Positions 56,502 to 64,000 of a DNA stretch of 64,000 bases are shown here, in pieces. Numbering within the stretch: the stretch's first letter is position 1; the number at the start of each line of letters is the position of its first letter. The DNA comes from Gemmatimonas sp. GTDB taxonomy: Bacteria; Gemmatimonadota; Gemmatimonadetes; Gemmatimonadales; Gemmatimonadaceae. Made by a program: the position numbers and the translations under genes. The stretch lies in the NCBI GenBank assembly GCA_965279375.1, contig OZ257156.1, positions 4,832,001 to 4,896,000 on the forward strand. Direction: 5' to 3'. Below the pieces are notes generated by a model that was not told the origin of the DNA, ran no database searches, and worked only from the letters and a program-made list of their open reading frames with translations.

Positions 56502-57021
56502 CCGATTCAACACGCCAATTGGGCTGCTCACGGTGGCCGTCGACGACGCGGGATTGCGCTATGTGCTGTTCGAGCACGGCAAGCATCCGCCCCCAGACCA
56601 GTTGGGCTGGCGGTTTGATCAGGGCGCGACACGCGAACCCCGCGAGCAGTTGCTCCAGTACTTCTCGGGCGATCGCCGGTCGTTCGATCTGAAGTTGGGT
56701 CCTTCCGGTACGGACTTTCAGCTCCGCACGTGGCGCGCACTGGGCGAAATCCCGTACGGCACAACGTGGAGCTACTCGGAACTCGCGATCCGCGTTGGCG
56801 CTCCCACGGCGGTCCGGGCGGTGGGCGCCGCCAACGGACGCAATCCGCTTCCGATCGTGCTCCCCTGCCATCGTGTCATCGGCAGCAACGGCAGTTTGAC
56901 CGGCTTTGGTGGCGGACTGCCCGTGAAGCGGTGGCTGCTCGACCTCGAGAACCAAGGACAAGACAACCAACGCGGCGAATCACGAAGCCCACGCACTGAT
57001 GGTACCCTGTCGCTGTGGTGA
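56491..57021 (+). CDS. ogt: Methylated-DNA-protein-cysteine methyltransferase
   Basis: GTDFQ, IPYG..SY, RAVG.ANGRNP, active site PCHRV, GGGL..K. Confidence 0.95.
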   Translation: MWCDRFNTPIGLLTVAVDDAGLRYVLFEHGKHPPPDQLGWRFDQGATREPREQLLQYFSGDRRSFDLKLGPSGTDFQLRTWRALGEIPYGTTWSYSELAIRVGAPTAVRAVGAANGRNPLPIVLPCHRVIGSNGSLTGFGGGLPVKRWLLDLENQGQDNQRGESRSPRTDGTLSLW

Positions 57022-57060
57022 GCGACATTGCGCCGTGTGGTCTGTCGAGGCACCGAAACG

Positions 57061-57094
57061 ACAGCGCGGCCGGTGAAATCACCGGCCGCGCTGT
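57061..57094. terminator. Perfect inverted repeat between convergent ogt and pilC (likely terminator)
   Basis: ACAGCGCGGCCGGTGA-AA-TCACCGGCCGCGCTGT, 16-bp perfect arms. Confidence 0.7.
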
Positions 57095-57123
57095 TGGTTC
57101 TTGGAGGGCGTTGTCTCGAGCCC

Positions 57124-58320
57124 CTACTTCACCGCGTTCACCATGTCGAAGATCGGCAGGTACATCGCGACGATCATGCCGCCAACCACCACGCCGAGGA
57201 ACACGATCATGATGGGCTCGAGCAGTGAGAGCAGCGCGCTCACGGCCGCGTCCACTTCGTCGTCGTAGAAGTCGGCGATCTTGGTCAGCATTTCATCCAG
57301 ACCGCCCGTCTGCTCACCGACGGCGATCATGCTGATCACCATGGGCGGGAACACGTTCGACTTTTGCAGCGGGCCGGCGATGGTTTCACCACCAGCGATG
57401 CTGGCGCGGCTGCTCATGATGGCGTCCTGCACGACGCGATTGCCCGACGTGCGCGCGGTGATTTCGAGACCGTCGAGAATGCTGACGCCAGACGAAATCA
57501 GCGTGCCGAGCGTGCGGGTGAAGCGCGACACGGCCGACTTGCGGAGCACGTCGCCCAACACCGGCACGTGCAGCATGGCGCGGTCGATGACGAGCTGACC
57601 ACTCGGCGTGGAGTAGTACTTCTTGATCGCGAAGAACCCGCCTGCGCCACCTGCGATCAGCAGGTACCAGTACGAAGTCAGGAATCCTGACAACGCGATC
57701 ACCACGCGCGTCGGGAGCGGCAGCTCCATGCTGACGGAGCTGAACATGCTCGCGAACACGGGAATGACCTTCCACAGCAGGATGACCACGCACAAGCCGG
57801 CCACGCACATGATGACCGTGGGGTAGATCATCGCGCCCTTCACTTTGCGAACGAGGGCGTCGTTCTTTTCCATGAAGATCGCGAGGCGATTGAGGATGGT
57901 ATCGAGGATACCACCCGCCTCACCGGCTGCGACCATGTTGGTGTACAGGTCCGAGAACGCTTTGGGATGCTTGCGCATCGCGTCGGCGACCGTGTTACCG
58001 GACTCCACGTCGAACACGACATCGCGCACCACCGCGGCCAGCGACTTGTTCTCGCTCTGCTTGGCGAGAATGTCGAGCGCCTGCACGAGCGGCAGACCGG
58101 CGTTGATCATCGTGGAGAACTGTCGCGTGAAGATCACGATGTCGCGCATGCTGATGCCGCCACCGGTCTTCTTGGCGCGCGCCTTCTCCTCATCGACCTT
58201 GATGATCGTCAGGCGCTGCCGACGCAGCTGCGCGACGACTTCATCGCGCGACGGCGCATCGATCGTCGCCGACTTGAGCTCGCCGTTGTTGTTGCGCGCG
58301 GTGTAGGTAAACGTAGGCAT
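57124..58320 (-). CDS. pilC: Type IV pilus platform protein PilC
   Basis: FTRQFSTMINAGLPL, AGEAGGILD, VGEQTGGLDEML, EPIMIV..MYLPIF. Confidence 0.95.
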   Translation of the reverse strand: MPTFTYTARNNNGELKSATIDAPSRDEVVAQLRRQRLTIIKVDEEKARAKKTGGGISMRDIVIFTRQFSTMINAGLPLVQALDILAKQSENKSLAAVVRDVVFDVESGNTVADAMRKHPKAFSDLYTNMVAAGEAGGILDTILNRLAIFMEKNDALVRKVKGAMIYPTVIMCVAGLCVVILLWKVIPVFASMFSSVSMELPLPTRVVIALSGFLTSYWYLLIAGGAGGFFAIKKYYSTPSGQLVIDRAMLHVPVLGDVLRKSAVSRFTRTLGTLISSGVSILDGLEITARTSGNRVVQDAIMSSRASIAGGETIAGPLQKSNVFPPMVISMIAVGEQTGGLDEMLTKIADFYDDEVDAAVSALLSLLEPIMIVFLGVVVGGMIVAMYLPIFDMVNAVK

Positions 58321-58403
58321 GCGTTACTCCTGGAAATCGAACTGGAATGCGAACTCGAAAGCGAAGCTGATGACAGAACGGGTGCTGCGGTGCGCGCGAT
58401 CGT

Positions 58404-59558
58404 TCATCGGCGTACTCCGCCGGTGAGCGTGCGTTCGGCCTGGCGTCGATCGGGACCGGCGGCCTCGTCGCCCGGACCCTTGCCGATCATGCGCAGGAAC
58501 TCGTTGGGATCGCCCGAAGCGCGCACGCATTCGTCGGCGCTCACGGTGCGGGTCACATAGAGCTGATAGAGCGCGTCGTTCATCGTCTGCATGCCCCACT
58601 TCTTGCCCGACTGCATCAGCGAGTAGATCTGGTGCACCTTGTCGTCGCGAACGAGCGCGCGAATAGCTGGGGTGACGACGAGAATCTCGCAGGCCATCGC
58701 ACGCCCCTTTCCGGCAACCTTGGGGAGCAGCACCTGCGTGATGATGCCTTCGAGCACGAACGCCAACTGCGCGCGCACCTGACTCTGCTGATGGCTTGGA
58801 AAGACGTCGATGATGCGGTTGATCGCTTCGGCCGCGCTGTTGGTGTGCAACGTGGCGAAGACGAGGTGGCCGGTTTCGGCGATCGTGAGCGCCGCCTGGA
58901 TCGTCTCCAGGTCGCGCATTTCGCCGATCAGGATGACGTCCGGGTCTTCACGGAGCGCGTACTTGAGCGCGGAGGCGAAGCTCTTGGTATCCGCGCCGAC
59001 CTCGCGCTGATTGATGATGCAGTTGCGGTGCCGATGAATGAATTCGATCGGATCTTCGACGGTGATGATGTGCCCGCGACGTTCGGTGTTGATCTTGTCG
59101 ATCAGCGCGGCCAGCGTCGTGCTCTTGCCCGAACCGGTAGGCCCCGTGACGAGCACCAGCCCACGCGGACGCTCGGCGAAGCCCGCGATGACCGGCGCGA
59201 GATTCAGATCGTTGAACGTCTTGATGTTGAACGGGATCTGTCGGATCACCATGCTCACGCAGCCACGCTGCTTGAACACGTTGCCACGAAAGCGCGACAG
59301 GTTCGCGATGCCGAACGAGAAGTCGAGCTCGTCCTCCATTTCGAACCGCTTCTTCTGGTTTTCCGTGAGCACCGAGTACGCCAGCTGCAGCGTGTCGCGC
59401 GGCGTCAGCACATGCTCGACCGCCGAGCTCACGATATCGCCGTCTACGCGCAACTTCGGCCGATCTCCCGCCGTGATGTGGAGGTCGGACGCATCCTTCC
59501 CGATCATCTCGTCAAGGAGCGTCCGGAGGGAGACAGGCGTCTGGCTGGGAGCAGTCAT
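58404..59558 (-). CDS. pilT: Type IV pilus retraction ATPase PilT
   Basis: ASDLH, GPTGSGKST, EDPIEF, LREDPD, GHLVFATLH, AIRALVR, GMQTM. Confidence 0.95.
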   Translation of the reverse strand: MTAPSQTPVSLRTLLDEMIGKDASDLHITAGDRPKLRVDGDIVSSAVEHVLTPRDTLQLAYSVLTENQKKRFEMEDELDFSFGIANLSRFRGNVFKQRGCVSMVIRQIPFNIKTFNDLNLAPVIAGFAERPRGLVLVTGPTGSGKSTTLAALIDKINTERRGHIITVEDPIEFIHRHRNCIINQREVGADTKSFASALKYALREDPDVILIGEMRDLETIQAALTIAETGHLVFATLHTNSAAEAINRIIDVFPSHQQSQVRAQLAFVLEGIITQVLLPKVAGKGRAMACEILVVTPAIRALVRDDKVHQIYSLMQSGKKWGMQTMNDALYQLYVTRTVSADECVRASGDPNEFLRMIGKGPGDEAAGPDRRQAERTLTGGVRR

Positions 59559-59650
59559 GGATGCGGAAGAGGATCAGGTACCGAACCGCCGCGGGGCGAT
59601 CCGAGGAAGGACGAGCCGATCGGTGAGTCGAAACCCACCGTCACACGGAA

Positions 59651-61495
59651 CTACGCAGACGTTTCACGGATGACCTGATCGAGCGTGGTCAGTCCCTTGA
59701 GCACCTTGAGCCAGCCGTCCATGCGCAGCGACAGCATCCCCTCGGAGATGGCGGTATCGCGCAGCACTTGCACGTCGACATTCTGCATGACGCACTTCTT
59801 GATGGTCTGCGTCATGAACATCACTTCGTAGACACCCTGACGACCCTTGAGACCGGTGCCCGCGCACGCGTCGCAGCCGGTGCCCTTGAAGAACGGCAGC
59901 TCGCCGATGCGCGTATCGAGGCTGAGGTTGGTCAGAAACGGTGCGGCTTCAGCGGTGGCGCCCTTGCGTGCGTCGTTCAGCGCTTCGTCGGTGAAGCGCA
60001 GCTCGCGCATGGTGGTATTCGCCGTCACCTTCGCGCCCGCCAGTTCGGCCACGTCCGGCGTGTATTTGCGCTTGCACCGTGGGCAAATGCGTCGCACGAG
60101 ACGCTGCGCCAGGATCAGATTGAGCGCCGACGCGACGTTGAACGGCTCGAGGCCCATGTCCAGCAGTCGCGTGATCGTTTCCGGCGCCGAGTTGGTGTGC
60201 AGCGTGCTCATGACCATGTGACCCGTGAGCGCGGCCTTGATGGCGATGCCGCCCGTCTCCAGATCTCGAATTTCGCCGACCATGATGACGTTCGGATCCT
60301 GTCGCAGGAACGCCTTCAGTGCCGCGGCGAACGTCATGCCGATGTCGGTGCGCACTTGCACCTGATTGATGCCGTAGAGGTTGTACTCGACGGGATCTTC
60401 GGCGGTCATGATGTTCGTATCGCCGGTGTTGATCTTCGACAGCGCCGAATACAGCGTCGTCGTCTTGCCGGAACCGGTCGGTCCCGTCACCAGCACCATG
60501 CCGTACGGGTTGGAAATCGCTTCCATCAGCTCGCGTTCGGCGCGCGGCTCGATACCGAACTTCTCGAGATCGAGCGTCAGGTTGCCCTTGTCGAGGATTC
60601 GAAGCACGACCTTTTCGCCGAACAGCGTGGGGAGCACGCTCACGCGGAAGTCGATGACCTTCTTGCCGACCTTGAGCTTGATGCGCCCGTCCTGCGGCAC
60701 GCGACGCTCGGCGATGTTCAGCGACGCCATGATCTTGAAACGGGAGATCAGCGCCGCACGCATCTTGAGGGGCGGCTTCATCACTTCCTGCAGCGCACCG
60801 TCGATACGGTAGCGCACGCGCAGATCGTGCTCGAAGCACTCGAAGTGAATGTCGGACGCGCCTTTATGCACAGCGTCCACGAGAATGGCGTTGATCAGCT
60901 TGACGACGGGCGCTTCGTCGACCTGCGCGGCGAGGACACTCGCATCCTGCGCGTCATCCTGCGACTCGATGACCTCCACATCGTCTTCTTCGGCCGCGGC
61001 GATGTCCTGCAGCAGCGACTGCATGTGGATCTCATTCGCTTCGTAGTGCTTCTCGATCGCCGCGCGCATCGAGTACTCACCGGCGAGCACCGGGATGATG
61101 TCGTAGCGCGTGATGAACTTGAGATCTTCGACGACACCCATCACCGTCGGGTCGGCGATGGCGACCGTCAGCTGCCGGCCCTCGCGCTTGAGCGGCAGCA
61201 CGGTGTGCTTCGACGCCAGCTCGGCCGGAATCAGCTTCAGCAGGCGCGTATCGACTTCGAATCGGGCAAGATCGACGGCCGGCATGCGATACTGGCGGGC
61301 CAGCATACGCACGACTTCAGTCTCCGGCACCAGTCCCATCTTCACGACGGTCAGCCCAAGTCGCTGCCCAGGATGCTGGGTCTGCTCTGCAAGAGCTTTC
61401 GCGAGGTTGTCCTTGGTGAGTAATCCCTCGCGTACGAGCAGATCACCCAACCGTTCTGTTGGACGTGCCGGGCTTGAAGTCGCGGGAGCTGCCAT
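59651..61495 (-). CDS. pilB: Type IV pilus assembly ATPase PilB
   Basis: MshEN-like RLGDLLVREG and RLGLTVVKMG, ASDIH, GPTGSGKT, LRQDP, CPRC...CDAC. Confidence 0.95.
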   Translation of the reverse strand: MAAPATSSPARPTERLGDLLVREGLLTKDNLAKALAEQTQHPGQRLGLTVVKMGLVPETEVVRMLARQYRMPAVDLARFEVDTRLLKLIPAELASKHTVLPLKREGRQLTVAIADPTVMGVVEDLKFITRYDIIPVLAGEYSMRAAIEKHYEANEIHMQSLLQDIAAAEEDDVEVIESQDDAQDASVLAAQVDEAPVVKLINAILVDAVHKGASDIHFECFEHDLRVRYRIDGALQEVMKPPLKMRAALISRFKIMASLNIAERRVPQDGRIKLKVGKKVIDFRVSVLPTLFGEKVVLRILDKGNLTLDLEKFGIEPRAERELMEAISNPYGMVLVTGPTGSGKTTTLYSALSKINTGDTNIMTAEDPVEYNLYGINQVQVRTDIGMTFAAALKAFLRQDPNVIMVGEIRDLETGGIAIKAALTGHMVMSTLHTNSAPETITRLLDMGLEPFNVASALNLILAQRLVRRICPRCKRKYTPDVAELAGAKVTANTTMRELRFTDEALNDARKGATAEAAPFLTNLSLDTRIGELPFFKGTGCDACAGTGLKGRQGVYEVMFMTQTIKKCVMQNVDVQVLRDTAISEGMLSLRMDGWLKVLKGLTTLDQVIRETSA

Positions 61496-61560
61496 GGTAC
61501 TCAGTGACGGTCGAGAGCGGGCGAGAGAGGGTAGAGACGCCGACCGCTCGCCTCACTTTG

Positions 61561-62112
61561 TTATGGACGGGACCCACTGGAAAACGTCACCAGTGGGGCG
61601 ATGAGCGCCGCGGTTGTAACGCCGATGCCGGGAACGTGACGGAGCGCGTCGATATCTTCGAATGGGCCGTGCCGTACGCGCCACGTGACGATGCGCTTTG
61701 CGAGCGCTGGACCGATGCGTGGCAACTGCTCGAGCTCAGACGCGGATGCGCTGTTGATCTCCAGCGGCTGGGCGGACGAGGGCCCTGAAATCGCTGGAGT
61801 CGTCGGCGCTCGACGTCGGGCTCCGCGAGAAGGTGTCGGCGGGCGAGGCGATTCTCTTGAGGCCCCAGCACGATCCCGGCGACGGCTCCGCCGGCCCGAC
61901 CGATCGCTTCCTGCTTCTCGGGCCGAATCCACCGCAGCCAGCTGCGCCGCGAGGGCTCGCTCCGCAGGCGATCCCGACTCAGCGGCGCTGGTTCCAGTGG
62001 CCCGCTCGAGCTCCGCGTTAAGCCGACGCGCCGACTGCCAGCGCGCCGCGCCGCCCAGACAGGCGACGACAGCGAGGAAGCTCAGGGCACGACGTTCGGC
62101 GGCGGTGGGCAT
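61561..62112 (-). CDS. comEA: ComEA-family helix-hairpin-helix DNA-binding protein
   Basis: N-terminal TM, INSASASELEQLPRIGPALAKRI and LRHVPGIG HhH pair. Confidence 0.85.
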   Translation of the reverse strand: MPTAAERRALSFLAVVACLGGAARWQSARRLNAELERATGTSAAESGSPAERALAAQLAAVDSAREAGSDRSGRRSRRRDRAGASRESPRPPTPSRGARRRAPTTPAISGPSSAQPLEINSASASELEQLPRIGPALAKRIVTWRVRHGPFEDIDALRHVPGIGVTTAALIAPLVTFSSGSRP

Positions 62113-62231
62113 GCGCGCAGGGTAGCCGAACGCATAGACGCCCCCGCCATCAGTTGCACGCCCCCACGCTCATTACCACGCAAGCGGCCAAGCACTCGCC
62201 GCCCGCAGCCCGCAGCCCGTAACCGGAAACT

Positions 62232-64000
62232 CTACCGCAACTCTCCGGCAAAGAACCGCAGCTGCATCGTCGCACTCAGCACCGTGTTGGAAATCCGTCG
62301 GTTGAGCGTGCGATCGAACGAGAGCACGTGGGATCCGGTCAGGCTGAACGTGACCAGCTCGGACACGTCGGTCGCCGCGTTGAGATTGAACGCCTGTCGC
62401 CCGTTGTTGGTCAGCACCGAGCTGATACCTGTGGAGGTGCCCGTCTCCGCGCCGCCCAGCGTGCTTGAGGCTATGGCTCCGATCACACCACCCACGACGG
62501 TCTTCGTTTCCTCGGACTGATACGACAGCTGCGTGCGCAGGTTGCTGCGTGTGTTCCAGCGCTTGGGCAGCTTGAAGCTGCGCGAGACATCGAAACTCAT
62601 CTGGCGAGTATCGAGGGCGGTCAGCGATCCCGGGCGCGAGTCCTCACGCTTGATGCGGTTGAACGAGCCGTTGGTGGTGACGCCACCGAAGAACGCCCAG
62701 CTCAACGTACCGGACAGCGGCCGACTCTTTGCCAGCGTTCGACTGCGATCGAAGAGCGCGCCGGTCTCGTTGGGGATACTGGTCTGCTGCTCCGTCACGA
62801 GGTAGCGGCCGTTGACCGACACCAGGTTGAGCACCTTCGCCAGCGACTTGGGTCGCCAGCTCCAACGCAGCGTGTAGTCTGGGTGCACGCGCTGCTCGCT
62901 AGTGATGAGTGCCTGGAATCCGTCGAGCGAACGACGCAGCCACGTTTCGGTGGTGCCGCGTTCAAAGCGCGAACCGAACGTGAGACCAAGCGGCAGGTTC
63001 ACGGAGCCGAGTGCGGTGAACTGCTTGACGCGTCCAGCGGCCGTCGCGAGTCGCGAATTCACGCCACGGAAATCCGTTACTCCGCCCAATCCGAACTGAT
63101 AGCCAACGCCCGGCATGAAGACGGTGTTGTCGTAGTTCGAATTGAGACTTTGCGACCAACGCAATTCGATCGGCGCGAAGAAGCGGCCCAACCAGCGCGT
63201 CCGCGACTTCTCGGTCGTGCGATCGAGCACGAATCGGCCAAGATCCACCGTCGTGCCGGCGCGCCAAGTCTGTGCCGCACCAAGTCGCTTGGGCAAGCGG
63301 AAGGCGCTCGTCGAGTCGCCTTCGCGCAACAGCGCGCGCGCGTTGGGATCCTTGTTCAAGTCAAAGCGCGACGTGAAGTCGAGTACGGGTCGCAGCCAGG
63401 GCGCCACGTTGGGTGCGAAGCCAACAGCCGACGTCAGCGAGCGCTCGCGCTCCAGTCCAAAGTTCGCTCCGACAAAGCGAATGCGCTCTGCTTCCGCGGC
63501 CTCGCGCCGAGCAATGCTGTCCGGCAACGTCGTCGCATCGCGATAGTCGCGCAGATCGAGGAGCTGGCGCGCGTCCAAGCTCGCGGTGAGCGACGGCACG
63601 GGCTGGAACTCCATGCGTGCACTGTTCTGCCAGTAGTGCGTCAGGCCGTACACCACCCGTCCTGTATCTGTCACCGAGGCCGCTGCCTTGGTGAACGACG
63701 TGAACGAGTTGGTGTTGCGCGCCAGCGAACTGGTGAGCCTGAACTGCGTGGGCGACCAGCGATACTTCTGCGTGAGCAGACCACGCACGACCCCGCTCTG
63801 CTGCCATGATTGCGGCAGCGCGCCCAGCATCCGGCCAAGGAAAGACGGTAGCGCCCCTTCTCGCTGGTCGTTGGCGAGGTTGAGCGTCGCGCCAAACACG
63901 TAGTTGCTGCTCTTGGCCGACTGAAACGCACTTTGCGACGTGCCGTTGGACCACGAGCCGTTGAGCGCGAGTCCGTTGACCACGGGCGCGTACCACCCGT
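62232..64000 (-). CDS. C-terminal part of a large outer-membrane beta-barrel protein (possibly SprA-like), 5' truncated
   Basis: Frame is open to the window edge. Long series of amphipathic beta-strands rich in S/T/N/R/aromatics, ending MQLRFFAGELR. The family assignment is tentative. Confidence 0.7.
   Translation of the reverse strand, partial: GWYAPVVNGLALNGSWSNGTSQSAFQSAKSSNYVFGATLNLANDQREGALPSFLGRMLGALPQSWQQSGVVRGLLTQKYRWSPTQFRLTSSLARNTNSFTSFTKAAASVTDTGRVVYGLTHYWQNSARMEFQPVPSLTASLDARQLLDLRDYRDATTLPDSIARREAAEAERIRFVGANFGLERERSLTSAVGFAPNVAPWLRPVLDFTSRFDLNKDPNARALLREGDSTSAFRLPKRLGAAQTWRAGTTVDLGRFVLDRTTEKSRTRWLGRFFAPIELRWSQSLNSNYDNTVFMPGVGYQFGLGGVTDFRGVNSRLATAAGRVKQFTALGSVNLPLGLTFGSRFERGTTETWLRRSLDGFQALITSEQRVHPDYTLRWSWRPKSLAKVLNLVSVNGRYLVTEQQTSIPNETGALFDRSRTLAKSRPLSGTLSWAFFGGVTTNGSFNRIKREDSRPGSLTALDTRQMSFDVSRSFKLPKRWNTRSNLRTQLSYQSEETKTVVGGVIGAIASSTLGGAETGTSTGISSVLTNNGRQAFNLNAATDVSELVTFSLTGSHVLSFDRTLNRRISNTVLSATMQLRFFAGELR

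Noticed and set aside
62201..62228. Heptamer repeat GCCCGCA GCCCGCA GCCCGTA ACCGGAA
   Set aside because: Too short and degenerate to assign a function. Probably a simple intergenic repeat.

Overview
GC-rich bacterial chromosomal segment. Gene content suggests Gemmatimonadota (Gemmatimonas-like), but this is inference, not proof. No rRNA, tRNA, CRISPR array, transposase or catalytic integrase was recognised. In order: a truncated winged-helix protein, a PAS hybrid kinase, an M1 peptidase, a YdeI-like protein, argJ, a structured intergenic repeat, a beta-hydroxyacid dehydrogenase, a CheB-CheR-PAS fusion with a hybrid kinase, an amidase, an OFA-family MFS transporter with its small subunit, a Ser/Thr kinase, an ATP-grasp + LLM monooxygenase operon behind a SAM-II-like riboswitch and terminator, a second M1 peptidase, a glpSTPQUV-type ABC transporter, a non-clock KaiC-like ATPase/GGDEF module, SEC-C and double-zinc-ribbon proteins, a ccmABCDEFGH operon, a copper-related operon (His/Met/Cys-rich leader protein, mbnP, mbnH, frameshifted copC, secreted DJ-1/PfpI fusion), ankyrin, pentapeptide, NmrA and AP2-like proteins, a serine hydrolase, a D-aminoacylase, ada-alkA/ogt, and pilC-pilT-pilB-comEA downstream of a large truncated outer-membrane protein. 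The best candidates for something undescribed are (i) the MbnPH-CopC operon translationally coupled to a secreted isonitrile-hydratase-like DJ-1 fusion and headed by a DUF2946/CruR-like leader, and (ii) the SAM-riboswitch-controlled ATP-grasp/LLM pair. All calls come from reading motifs by eye. No database searches were run.
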